DNA from: Escherichia coli | GTDB taxonomy: Bacteria > Pseudomonadota > Gammaproteobacteria > Enterobacterales > Enterobacteriaceae | Length of the DNA stretch: 64,000 nt | NCBI RefSeq assembly: GCF_044324875.1 | Contig: NZ_CP172188.1 | Strand: one strand, 5' to 3' | In this document: positions 8,380 to 17,186 of the stretch, one piece after another | Position numbering within the stretch: position 1 is the first letter of the stretch | Layout: every line of letters begins with the position of its first letter | Program-made: the position numbers and the translations under genes | Notes under the pieces: generated by a model | Databases searched by the model: none | The model's input: only the letters and a program-made list of their open reading frames with translations | Told to the model about the DNA's origin: nothing

Positions 8380-9915
8380 TCAGTGGTAGTAGCCCGGACC
8401 ACGCAGGTTTTCATGCTCTGAAGCATATGCCGGATGTTGTTCGCCCTGGCGGGATAATGGAAGCTCCAGGTTCTCCCGATGGTGACGCAGCAGATTGTCG
8501 ATAAAGCGTCTGTCAGGGGCGTTATAGTGCAGGGCAACGTAACAGGCCTTTTCCAGCCGTTCCGGGCCGTATTTTTTCTGAAGTGCCAGCAGCCCCAGAA
8601 CTGCACGATAAGCCAGTTCCGGATGGGGTTTTGCCTTCAGCATGGATTCAACCACCCGGCCTGTGGACGGGCCCGTACGTTTTCCCTGCTCGATCAGGCG
8701 TTCCGGTGTCCATGTCCCGTGCTGCCGGTGGCGCTCTGGCATGTGAAGCGGATTGGTTGTGTGTTTATATTCATGTGTGCTGCGCGGATGTTGCGCCACA
8801 CACTGCCCCTTGTGCCAGAGCTGTACCACCGACTGCCCCGCCTTCAGTGACAGACGCTGACCGACCAGTTCGTGTGGAACGGAGTACCAGTGACGGGCAT
8901 ATTCAACGTGGTAGTCAGGGCCAACCTTCACAGCTTTGTATTCCGTGTATTCATAAGGTGCCAGAGGCAGCGGAGAGAGTGCTGGCGCATCCAGTATGCG
9001 GAAGCGTTCTGCACGGGTTTGATTGCCGTACCCCTTCATTGGCCGGTTATTCATGTCTGTCAGTAACTCCCTAAGGCGCGCATTCAGCGCCCTGAGCGTG
9101 TGGAAGGTTTCATTACGGATGCGGGCAAGAAGCCATCGTTCAACGATGAGGACGCCGTTTTCTGCTTTTGGTTTATCTTTAGGTTTGCGTGGTCGGGCCG
9201 GGATGATAACCGTGCCATAGTGCTCAGCCAGTGCCTGATAACTGTCGTTGATGACAGGCTCATATCGATCGGCCTTTTTCACTGCGCTTCTGAGGTTATC
9301 GGGGATGAGCAGCTTCGGTACGCCGCCCAGGAAGGTCAGGCAACGGCTGTGGGCATTTAACCATGACATCATGTCCTGACCTTCGCACGCTTCAACGTAG
9401 GTATAGTTGGACGCCCCCATTACGGCCACGAAGATTGCCACGCGGCGTATCTCACCGGTGTCCGGATTAATAACAGGAACCGTAGGACCACAGAAGTCGA
9501 TAAAAAGCTTTTCGCCGGCACGATGCTCCTGGCGCATGGAGAGACGTCGCGTTTTTTTCCACTCCCGGTAGCAACGGCAGAAGTGCGAGTATCCCATCGC
9601 TTTGTTACCCGCCTGTGCCTTGTATTCCATCCACAACAGTTGCCGCGTCACACCTGGTTTTCTCATTTCCGTATCGAAGTACAACATGTCAGGCATTACA
9701 AGCTCTGATGCAAAGGTGTCTTTGGGCGGAAAAATGAGTTTCTCCAGCGTGTCATGGGATATATCAGCAGGTAATGGCCATGACAGAGAAGAGGCTTTGA
9801 AGCGGGCAAGAACCTCAAAAACGGTTGAGGCGCTGATGTGTAACGTCAGTCCGATACAACGGTTAGTCAGCTTCTTGTCGAACTTGAGCTGAAGGATCTT
9901 AAAACAGGTTTCCAT
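8380..9915 (-). CDS. istA: IS21-family transposase IstA
   Basis: ~511 aa from METCF... (AGGAG Shine-Dalgarno); N-terminal HTH and a DDE-type core; the ORF track extends to 10026. Confidence 0.85.
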   Translation of the reverse strand: METCFKILQLKFDKKLTNRCIGLTLHISASTVFEVLARFKASSLSWPLPADISHDTLEKLIFPPKDTFASELVMPDMLYFDTEMRKPGVTRQLLWMEYKAQAGNKAMGYSHFCRCYREWKKTRRLSMRQEHRAGEKLFIDFCGPTVPVINPDTGEIRRVAIFVAVMGASNYTYVEACEGQDMMSWLNAHSRCLTFLGGVPKLLIPDNLRSAVKKADRYEPVINDSYQALAEHYGTVIIPARPRKPKDKPKAENGVLIVERWLLARIRNETFHTLRALNARLRELLTDMNNRPMKGYGNQTRAERFRILDAPALSPLPLAPYEYTEYKAVKVGPDYHVEYARHWYSVPHELVGQRLSLKAGQSVVQLWHKGQCVAQHPRSTHEYKHTTNPLHMPERHRQHGTWTPERLIEQGKRTGPSTGRVVESMLKAKPHPELAYRAVLGLLALQKKYGPERLEKACYVALHYNAPDRRFIDNLLRHHRENLELPLSRQGEQHPAYASEHENLRGPGYYH

Positions 9916-10307
9916 AGTGCTCCTGGATTTTCTCTTTCTGGACATTGACGTCTCCACTGGTTTAAACACGGCAATGGAGACTGTGGTGAAAAGAGTTAAT
10001 TCCCGGAGTGACTGGCAGGATGCCAATCAATGATCGGAAGCATGCCAAATCGTGATCGATTGTGATGCCAAACTGTGATCGGAGATGGATGCCAAATCAT
10101 GATCGATTCGAATGCCAAACTGCGATCGATTCAGATGCCATTTTGCAGCCAAATTTCTGTCAAAAAATAAAATCCACAAAAAGTGGTTGACACTATTTTG
10201 GAAATCACAAACTGCACATAATCCATCGCGCTAACGGCTCCCGTTGAAGGTTCTTTTGACGATTAACTTTCAGCCGAAGCGCGGTAGGGAGTCATAACGC
10301 CAAAGCA

Positions 10308-10331
10308 GGCCGCCATGTGCGGCCTTTTTTT
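10308..10331 (+). terminator. rho-independent terminator candidate between the IS21 end and the next gene
   Basis: ggccgc-catgt-gcggcc followed by a T7 run. Confidence 0.4.
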
Positions 10332-10358
10332 GTATCCGTCATCCGTGGAGGAAGGACA

Positions 10359-11012
10359 ATGGAAAAGATCGCAATATTCAGCCTGACCACCAGCAAGCCT
10401 CAAATGCTCACTGCAATACTGAAAGACGGTGCTCTCATTATTAACGAAGTAAAACCCCTTCCCGCGTCAGCATTGGAGCAAAAGCAAAAAATTCCTCCAG
10501 CTATAGCAGCCCTGCGGAAAAGCAAATTTAAGGTACTGGTAGACGAAATTACGCCAACGATCTCCGCTGGCACCGGAGCAAGCCAGGTTACTCTCAAGAC
10601 CCGTCATGCCGATGGCAGAGCAGCAATCATCGTCGGGATGGAAAGATACAGAGAGTTAAAACTCCAGAAGCTATTATCCCTGCCGCAAAATAACAAAGGT
10701 GCTTTCGAAATCCCTGACTCCATCGTTGACACCGAATACAACGGTAACGGAGAAGAAGTCTACCGGGTGAACTGGCAGGATATCAGGCCGGAACATATTC
10801 TGATGGTCCTGTGTTGCTACGCGACCGTATACCACAACGTTGCCAGTGCAGATTACGTAGAGCAGATGACCGGCACAGTCGAGAAAGAGCAAAAAACAGG
10901 CATACTCGCTTCGTTCCTGTCCATTATTGGGCATGAAAAAGTTGAAGCAGGCACCTCCCAGCCAAAGTCACTGGCTGGGAAAGAAGTTGATGAAGATACC
11001 GTGATACTTTGA
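10359..11012 (+). CDS. hypothetical protein (217 aa)
   Basis: GGAGGAAGGA Shine-Dalgarno before the ATG at 10359; no recognisable motif. Confidence 0.45.
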   Translation: MEKIAIFSLTTSKPQMLTAILKDGALIINEVKPLPASALEQKQKIPPAIAALRKSKFKVLVDEITPTISAGTGASQVTLKTRHADGRAAIIVGMERYRELKLQKLLSLPQNNKGAFEIPDSIVDTEYNGNGEEVYRVNWQDIRPEHILMVLCCYATVYHNVASADYVEQMTGTVEKEQKTGILASFLSIIGHEKVEAGTSQPKSLAGKEVDEDTVIL

Positions 11013-11348
11013 TCACATTAGTAGCTTTGTTAACTCCCTCAATACCAGGTAGAAGAGTAACAAAAACACTGACGTGGATACCTGCTGAGTTAAAGAAGCA
11101 CTAATGAATTTATTCAATAAATCAATCAGCTTATTAAAAATATTCATCTTTTCGAATCCATTCGATCGGTAAATAACACCCAGCTCACTATCGAGCTGGT
11201 CCACGCCTTAAGATTAATGAAAGTCACTTGTTGACAGTCAATAAATTCCAGGGTGGCGAAAAAACTCTGTCTATACGGATAGTGCTTGCATTTTACTCTT
11301 TCTGCGTGTAGCGTATATACACAGGTTGCACGCACGAATGGAATTATT

Positions 11349-11630
11349 TTGATTAAGTCATTTCGCCATAAAGGGCTTGAACGCTTTTTCAAGACAGGTT
11401 CAACCGCAGGCATTCAGGCCAAACATGCGGTTAAGCTACGCATTCAATTGACTGCGCTTAATACAGCTAAACGCCCGGACGATATGTCTGCGCCTGGATG
11501 GGAATTGCACCCTCTAAAGGGGGCGGACCTTAAAGGTCACTGGGCAATATCGGTAAACGGTAACTGGCGACTTACCTTCCGATTTGAAGGAGAAGACGCA
11601 ATTCTAGTTGACTATCAGGATTATCATTGA
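11349..11630 (+). CDS. higB: HigB-type toxin (plasmid-killer / RelE-like fold)
   Basis: [17 protein letters not shown]...[40 protein letters not shown] closely resembles Rts1-type HigB; probable TTG start at 11349. Confidence 0.7.
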   Translation: MIKSFRHKGLERFFKTGSTAGIQAKHAVKLRIQLTALNTAKRPDDMSAPGWELHPLKGADLKGHWAISVNGNWRLTFRFEGEDAILVDYQDYH

Positions 11631-11638
11631 GGAACACT

Positions 11639-11920
11639 ATGAGTCGTATGCATAATCCCGCGCATCCAGGCGCGGTTCTTCGTGAATATTTGGGAGACAT
11701 GTCAGTCACAGACGCCGCTGCGGCATTAGGCATTACTCGCACGGCGCTTTCCCGAATTCTGAATGAAAAAGCAGGTATATCTGCTGATATGGCACTTCGT
11801 CTGGAGTCCGCTCTTGGAACCAGTGCCGAAATGTGGACCGGTATGCAATCCCAGTATGAGCTTTGGGTTGCTTCGCAAACCACTCGCCCAAACATCCGTC
11901 CATTATTTTTCCACGCATAA
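11639..11920 (+). CDS. higA: HigA-type antitoxin (HTH, XRE-like)
   Basis: [18 protein letters not shown]...[14 protein letters not shown]...; start overlaps the higB stop region; GAGGA Shine-Dalgarno. Confidence 0.7.
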   Translation: MSRMHNPAHPGAVLREYLGDMSVTDAAAALGITRTALSRILNEKAGISADMALRLESALGTSAEMWTGMQSQYELWVASQTTRPNIRPLFFHA

Positions 11921-12012
11921 TTTCACAGCGTCACCAGGCCTGGTGACGCTGCTTTCTCGCATTTCACACCCTGCATACAGTTTTCCCCAGGTTATGACTG
12001 AGGGGCTTTGTT

Positions 12013-12342
12013 ATGGGCTATAGCAGACTCGACGATAGGTACATTGAAGACGATATTTTTCGTGCGCTGTTTCACCAGGAAATGATTAAGCGGGTATCGG
12101 AGTATCACTCTGATAATTTCCAGTACACGATAAAGATTGATGAAGTATATCGTTCAGACCTTGCAGCCTACAGGGCGTATGGCAATGCAGATTTGCGCTG
12201 GGTATTCCGGGTGCTGGTGGGCCATGAGTCAGAAATGGAAGAAATGCCCGCCGGGACCACGTTAACTCTTCCTGATGTGGCATGGCTGAGGAATAAGATC
12301 CGTGATTACGCGAGCGCGGAACCGGAGATAGAAAATGCCTGA
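12013..12342 (+). CDS. hypothetical protein (109 aa), first gene of a two-gene operon
   Basis: ORF; its stop overlaps the start of the next gene by 8 nt. Confidence 0.45.
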   Translation: MGYSRLDDRYIEDDIFRALFHQEMIKRVSEYHSDNFQYTIKIDEVYRSDLAAYRAYGNADLRWVFRVLVGHESEMEEMPAGTTLTLPDVAWLRNKIRDYASAEPEIENA

Positions 12343-13525
12343 TTTCCTGAAAAACCAGGACGGGCGCTATATCACTGACGGCCTGTCCTCTAAGGACTTC
12401 ACGCGTTTATTCGACCTTATCAGGAAAGAACAAACCCGTAAGCGCCGGCAAGCTCACCGGACGCTGACGCCAGGTAGACTGAGGAACAAATCCGCCGAAG
12501 ATATTCTCAAGTTAGGGAAGAAAAAAGGCGGCACGTTCTTCACGCGAGACGACCTGAAAGGTTTCGAAAAGCTACGGAGTAAAACGCGCGAAAAATATGA
12601 CAGCAAGACGGCTGGCATCACATACGCCCAGCTGGTGGCATCCAGCCAGGCAATCGATATTAAGCGTGCAAATAACGCCGTGGATGACGGATCTGGTATC
12701 AAAAGAGCTACACCCGTATCTCTTCGCCACAATGTGATTAATATCCGCGTAGAAGCATCGGATATATCCGTCCACCAGCACCATATCGTCCGGATACGCT
12801 TTGAAGAATGGGATCAGATGGTTGATGATATCGCAGAAGACGATAAATCAGCTCTCAAAATCACTAAATCACTGTGCGCCGGGCGAGTGTCTTTCGATTG
12901 TGACTGTGGTCGTCATCAATACTGGTATCGTTACATCGCCACTGCGGGTAACTTTGCCCTGGCACCGCCAAAAGAATACGCCTATCCAAAAGTTCGCAAC
13001 CCGAAGCTGCAAGGCGTCGCCTGTAAACACGTGATCCACTCAATGACGCGGTTACAGTCCGCCAGTTGGCAAATGAGTATTGCTCGTGCGCTACAAAAGG
13101 CTGCAACGCAAATTGCATTTGGTGACGATCGCCGCCGTACAACCAAACACTTCTCAAAAGAAGACGAGAAGGAGTTTAATCGCAATCGTAGCAGTAAAAC
13201 AAACGTTGAAGCCGCCAAACGCGAATGGAGGCTCTATCAGAAGCGCCAGGCAGCTTTAAGTACAAAACTGGCAAAGGACAACGGCAATATCGACAAGCTA
13301 CGTGACCAATTGACCAGGGCCAGAAAGTTGTCAGACGCACAGAAAAAACGGGCGGCTGCAAAAGAAGCGGCCTTGCAACGTGAGAAACAGAAAAATAAGG
13401 AACTTCAGCAACGCCTTGCCGATCAGTTCGCACTGAAGAAGCAGGCGTTCATTGATGCGCTTGTCATGGCTGGAACACCACCAGCACAAGCTGAAAAAAT
13501 GTTCATGGAGTACATAAAAAATTAA
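12335..13525 (+). CDS. hypothetical protein with a SWIM-like zinc-finger motif and a basic coiled-coil C-terminus
   Basis: CAGRVSFDCDCGRHQ...GVACKHVIH (CxC...CxH spacing); Lys/Arg/Glu/Gln-rich C-terminal 130 aa. Confidence 0.5.
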   Translation: MPDFLKNQDGRYITDGLSSKDFTRLFDLIRKEQTRKRRQAHRTLTPGRLRNKSAEDILKLGKKKGGTFFTRDDLKGFEKLRSKTREKYDSKTAGITYAQLVASSQAIDIKRANNAVDDGSGIKRATPVSLRHNVINIRVEASDISVHQHHIVRIRFEEWDQMVDDIAEDDKSALKITKSLCAGRVSFDCDCGRHQYWYRYIATAGNFALAPPKEYAYPKVRNPKLQGVACKHVIHSMTRLQSASWQMSIARALQKAATQIAFGDDRRRTTKHFSKEDEKEFNRNRSSKTNVEAAKREWRLYQKRQAALSTKLAKDNGNIDKLRDQLTRARKLSDAQKKRAAAKEAALQREKQKNKELQQRLADQFALKKQAFIDALVMAGTPPAQAEKMFMEYIKN

Positions 13526-13526
13526 C

Positions 13527-13552
13527 AAAGGTGGGTTTATCCCACCTTTTTA
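13527..13552. terminator. bidirectional terminator between convergent genes
   Basis: aggtggg-tttat-cccacct flanked by A and T runs. Confidence 0.5.
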
Positions 13553-14277
13553 TTAGCATCGCATTTAATTTTTTCAAGTGAATCAGAAAGCTTTGAGAGA
13601 ATCTCCTCAAGTGTCTCCCTGTCATTTGTATCACCCGAACGAAAAGATGAGTTTTTCACGGCAGTAAAAAATTCATAAAAATCATCCAACGAATTTAAGC
13701 TCTCACCTTTCTCTCTATATAATTTAATAACATGACGGATATCGCTATCCACACATTCAATCTGTTCCCTAACTTCTTCTACCTTTCTTTTTAATGATTC
13801 ATGTTCTTCTTTTTCTTTTTCAAGACGCTCTTCAACGTCTTTCCGTTTCTTAGTAAGATCATTAATGTCTCTGTTAATTTTTCTTACTTGTTCTTTTTTG
13901 TCTTCAATTTTATCTATCTCTCTCAATTTAGCGTATATTGTGCCAGTCACCATAGAAATTAGTAAAGTTAACATTGGGGCTAATATTGAAGCCACAACAC
14001 CATAAATAAAAGGCAAGACAAAATGAGCTACGAATGAGGGTACAAAAACATTCCCAAATAATGGAATCTTTTCCCCAACAAACACCATAGATAATGTATA
14101 CATAACATCATCTTTTGACTTCAACAATATAAATATATCTCGCCAGTTAGAAATTAAAAATGAAATAAAAATGTAGGCAAAAACCTTATTAAACAACTTA
14201 TCTTTTACAGCATCTTCTATCAGATTTTGGGCGGATGATTTTTCATTTTCCTTTTCTATTGATGAATCAGTGCTCAT
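13537..14277 (-). CDS. membrane protein with a long C-terminal coiled coil (unknown function)
   Basis: 246 aa; hydrophobic segments (FAYIFISFLISNW; VFVPSFVAHFVLPFIYGVVASILAPMLTLLISMV) then a K/E-rich heptad-like region; visibly AT-rich. Confidence 0.5.
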   Translation of the reverse strand: MSTDSSIEKENEKSSAQNLIEDAVKDKLFNKVFAYIFISFLISNWRDIFILLKSKDDVMYTLSMVFVGEKIPLFGNVFVPSFVAHFVLPFIYGVVASILAPMLTLLISMVTGTIYAKLREIDKIEDKKEQVRKINRDINDLTKKRKDVEERLEKEKEEHESLKRKVEEVREQIECVDSDIRHVIKLYREKGESLNSLDDFYEFFTAVKNSSFRSGDTNDRETLEEILSKLSDSLEKIKCDANKKVG

Positions 14278-14337
14278 ATAATCACCAAATATTTAAACCT
14301 TGATTTTATGTAAAATCGGCCCTCCAGACTGCCAAAC

Positions 14338-14718
14338 TTAAACACCAACTAGGCTTTCAAGAGGAATGCCAAACTGGGAATGTAAACGACGAATCATAGG
14401 TAACGTTAAATTTCGTGTCCCATTTAGCACTTCGTAAACACGATTTGACTTACCAATCGCCGGTTCCAGATCCTTCACGGTCAACCCTTGCTATTCCATA
14501 CGGGATTTAATGGCTTCAATAGGTGATGGCGGCTCAATTGGGTAATGTTTTTTCTCGTACTCCTCAATGAGAAGACACATAACCTCCAAGAAATTACCTT
14601 CCGGGGTGTTCGTTTCCGGTTCGTTATCGAACATCGGTTCTACCGCACGCAGTGCGGCCTCATAATCTTGTTCTGTACGGATAGTTTTAATGTTCATTAA
14701 TTCCAAAGGAAAGCCCAC
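14338..14718 (-). pseudogene. higA-like antitoxin gene (N-domain plus HTH) interrupted by an in-frame TAG
   Basis: 75-aa ORF ...IKSRME then TAG at 14491-14493; the same frame continues QGLTVKDLEPAIGKSNRVYEVLNGTRNLTLPMIRRLHSQFGIPLESLVGV to TAA at 14338, resembling the E. coli K-12 HigA C-terminal HTH. Confidence 0.45.
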
Positions 14719-14753
14719 TTGTTAAGTGGGCTTTTTGTATGTGTTTTACTATA

Positions 14754-15092
14754 TCAGGCTGCTTTTTTATTCAGGTTCCGCTGAGAAATAAATTTTTCAG
14801 CAGTATTGATACGACTTAACTCTTCCTGAACGCGCATGTCATTTTCGACTTCCCACAGGTCTACTGCGGTCTGGAGATTAATCCAAAAATCTACAGAAGT
14901 ATCGAATGCTTTTGCCAGGCGATATGCCATATCCATCGTTAGCTTACGATTATTATTAACAAGAGCACTTACGGTGTTACGATGAACATGAAGTATTTCT
15001 GCTAACTCGTTGATCTTCAGCTCTAACGGCTCCAGGTATTCGTACAGCAGGATATCACCTACGGTCGTCGGTTTTCTGGTTGCCTGTTTCAT
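14754..15092 (-). CDS. higA: HigA-family antitoxin (HTH), second TA pair
   Basis: KPTTVGDILLYEYLEPLELKINELAEILHVHRNTVSALVNNNRKLT...FWINLQTAVDLW matches the HigA antidote pattern. Confidence 0.7.
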   Translation of the reverse strand: MKQATRKPTTVGDILLYEYLEPLELKINELAEILHVHRNTVSALVNNNRKLTMDMAYRLAKAFDTSVDFWINLQTAVDLWEVENDMRVQEELSRINTAEKFISQRNLNKKAA

Positions 15093-15162
15093 TTTTTGCC
15101 CTTACTAGCGTGCGTATTAAGTGGACTCTGGTCAGAACCCGGTCCGTAACCGGGTATCTGTT

Positions 15163-15465
15163 TTAGTATTTGTGAGGGTCGAGATACAAGTCCTCGGCCT
15201 TTCCGTTAACCCACTTAAAAATTAACCTATATTGCTTATTCACCCTTACTGATGAATAGCCATTTAGCTTCCCTGACAGTTCCTCATACCGATTACCTGG
15301 TGGTGATCTTAAATCCTTACAGGTAGTTGCGGCATTGATAATGTCCAACTTCCGTGACAATGTCATATGAATATCAGGAGGTATCTTTCTATGTGGTGTT
15401 GAAAATTCAAAAAAATCATCAAGCCACGCATCCCTGAAATCCTTTATGTTAATTTTTTTGGTCAT
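15163..15465 (-). CDS. higB: HigB-like killer toxin, second TA pair
   Basis: ...DLRSPPGNRYEELSGKLNGYSSVRVNKQYRLIFKWVNGKAEDLYLDPHKY resembles the plasmid-killer (HigB) family; lies immediately upstream of the antitoxin. Confidence 0.65.
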   Translation of the reverse strand: MTKKINIKDFRDAWLDDFFEFSTPHRKIPPDIHMTLSRKLDIINAATTCKDLRSPPGNRYEELSGKLNGYSSVRVNKQYRLIFKWVNGKAEDLYLDPHKY

Positions 15466-15627
15466 TAGTCATTTGATCCTCCGTGATGATTACCGAATGC
15501 CATAACTATAGCGCACTGTTGCACTGTGCGCAAGTGCATTTTATGAATTCCCCCTCCTTCATCCAAAATCACAATCTCCCGAAAATCTTCCTTTCGATAC
15601 CTGACAGATCGACCTTTGAGGATGCTT

Positions 15628-16419
15628 ATGGGCCGTTTTGACGAATGGTTTGCTGACGATGCAAACCTGGCAAGTAAGGAGTCAGAACATGACAGCACGC
15701 AGAGAGAAACGCCAGCACCGATTGAAGCGAATGCAGGAGGCGCGCCGGAACATGGCAATACCGGTTCGGATTCATTCAGCATTCTGGAAGAGCAACCCGC
15801 CGCCAAAGCTGATAGCCATGATAATTTTGCTGATAGCAACGGTGGCCTTACTTCGGATGCTGGCGAATCAGATATAGCCATACTTCCATCTTCCCTGGCT
15901 GGCAGAGAACCGACTCCACAGTTAAAAGCACGCTATAACGGGCATAAAGCCTTTAACGACCAAATCCGCGCAGACTGGATGCTGATTATTGAATCCAGCC
16001 CAGACGCGTTTCAGGCTCTCTTATATCGACCAGATGTTGGCACATATGGGGTAGTCAGCGACGAAACAGGAGAAGAGTCATTCACCGAACTGGATAACAA
16101 CCAACGCGAACTGACTTACCAGGAACCTGAAATCGTTTATGTGCTGGATAACCCTGACGGGCGTGACTCTTTCCATGCGATTGACGCAGACGGTGAGCAG
16201 GATGGCTTAACCGATGATGTTCTGATTCTGCGTATTGCAGCAAATAACGTCCCCGTCGGCTCAATTCTTGAATGGAATGAAGAGATGGTAAACGGCGTAG
16301 CGCGCCGCTGGTGGTACGTGCACCGTATTTTTAGCTACGGCACACAGCATGTTGGTTCGCTTTACTACTGCATACCTGCCAGGAATTTTGATACGACTCA
16401 AAACGGAGTGATCGAATGA
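15628..16419 (+). CDS. phage virion morphogenesis protein (unknown role)
   Basis: First gene of a four-gene overlapping operon that ends in a spike-like gene; GAGGA Shine-Dalgarno; start at 15628. Confidence 0.4.
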   Translation: MGRFDEWFADDANLASKESEHDSTQRETPAPIEANAGGAPEHGNTGSDSFSILEEQPAAKADSHDNFADSNGGLTSDAGESDIAILPSSLAGREPTPQLKARYNGHKAFNDQIRADWMLIIESSPDAFQALLYRPDVGTYGVVSDETGEESFTELDNNQRELTYQEPEIVYVLDNPDGRDSFHAIDADGEQDGLTDDVLILRIAANNVPVGSILEWNEEMVNGVARRWWYVHRIFSYGTQHVGSLYYCIPARNFDTTQNGVIE

Positions 16420-17183
16420 CTTCAAATAAAACCCTCCTGGCGCGAACAGGTGAATGGCAAACCTCACGCACAGGAAAATTCCAGACCACGGGCTTTGAAA
16501 ACGTGGATAACGCGTTTGCGACGCTAATCAGCAACATTTTTTCTGATATCTTACTGGTGGCCCCCGCGCCGGAAGAAAAACGCTTTGCGTCATTCCTGAA
16601 TCGTCCACCAGCAGAGCGTGTCTATGTGGCCCGTTTCGACAATGCGATCGAGTTTCTTAAAGCAGTTCGTCGCGCAAATGCCGGGCAAGGGAGAAAACCT
16701 GAAAACCAGAACATTAACCGGGATGCTCTCCCCCTGGTCAATATCTCACGCAATATGGATATCAATTATATCAACGATGATCAGCAGATTGACCGCAAAA
16801 AAGTAGCCAGTTTTTGCGAACCGGATACCGGAATGCCTTTAGCAGAACTGGAATACACCCAGGCCATTCTGACGTATGACGTTACGTTAATGGCAACTGA
16901 TAAAGCGACCATGAGTCTGATGTGTAATTCGCTGGGCGCACGGCTTCGCCTGATGACAGGTACACAATTTGAAGCAACCACTCACCTTGTTCGTGTCCCG
17001 GTCCCGCTGATTAGCTCGATACAGGATGCCAAAGAAGTCGGCTTTACGGATGTTTCAGCACCAATTGGAGAAGAGCGTATTTATGCCACACAAGCGCCGA
17101 TAAGTGTGATTGCAGACGTGATCACAGCATGGGAGTTGGACGCAAAACGTATTATTACCGAAACCTCGATATCTATGGGGTGA
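16416..17183 (+). CDS. phage structural / baseplate-associated protein (unknown)
   Basis: Overlapping start/stop coupling within the operon. Confidence 0.4.
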   Translation: MTSNKTLLARTGEWQTSRTGKFQTTGFENVDNAFATLISNIFSDILLVAPAPEEKRFASFLNRPPAERVYVARFDNAIEFLKAVRRANAGQGRKPENQNINRDALPLVNISRNMDINYINDDQQIDRKKVASFCEPDTGMPLAELEYTQAILTYDVTLMATDKATMSLMCNSLGARLRLMTGTQFEATTHLVRVPVPLISSIQDAKEVGFTDVSAPIGEERIYATQAPISVIADVITAWELDAKRIITETSISMG

Positions 17184-17186
17184 TAA

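Larger units (their letters stand above)
7500..10150 (-). mobile_element. IS21-family insertion sequence (istA-istB); ends approximate
   Basis: istA/istB pair; about six direct repeats of (G/A)ATGCCAAAYYGTGATCG at ~10018-10149 and inverted copies at ~7515-7580, typical of the multiple terminal repeats of IS21-family ends. Confidence 0.7.

Noticed and set aside
8479-9892. Several plus-strand ORFs of 60-160 aa within the IS21 element
   Set aside because: Antisense to istA/istB, which are recognisable and fill the element.
10018-10150. Tandem GATGCCAAA...GTGATCG repeats as possible plasmid iterons
   Set aside because: Inverted copies occur at the other end of the istA/istB unit (~7515-7580), fitting IS21-family terminal repeats rather than a replication origin.
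15465-15881. 138-aa minus-strand ORF
   Set aside because: It overlaps the start of the plus-strand structural operon and the HigB toxin gene region, with no ribosome-binding site; likely spurious.
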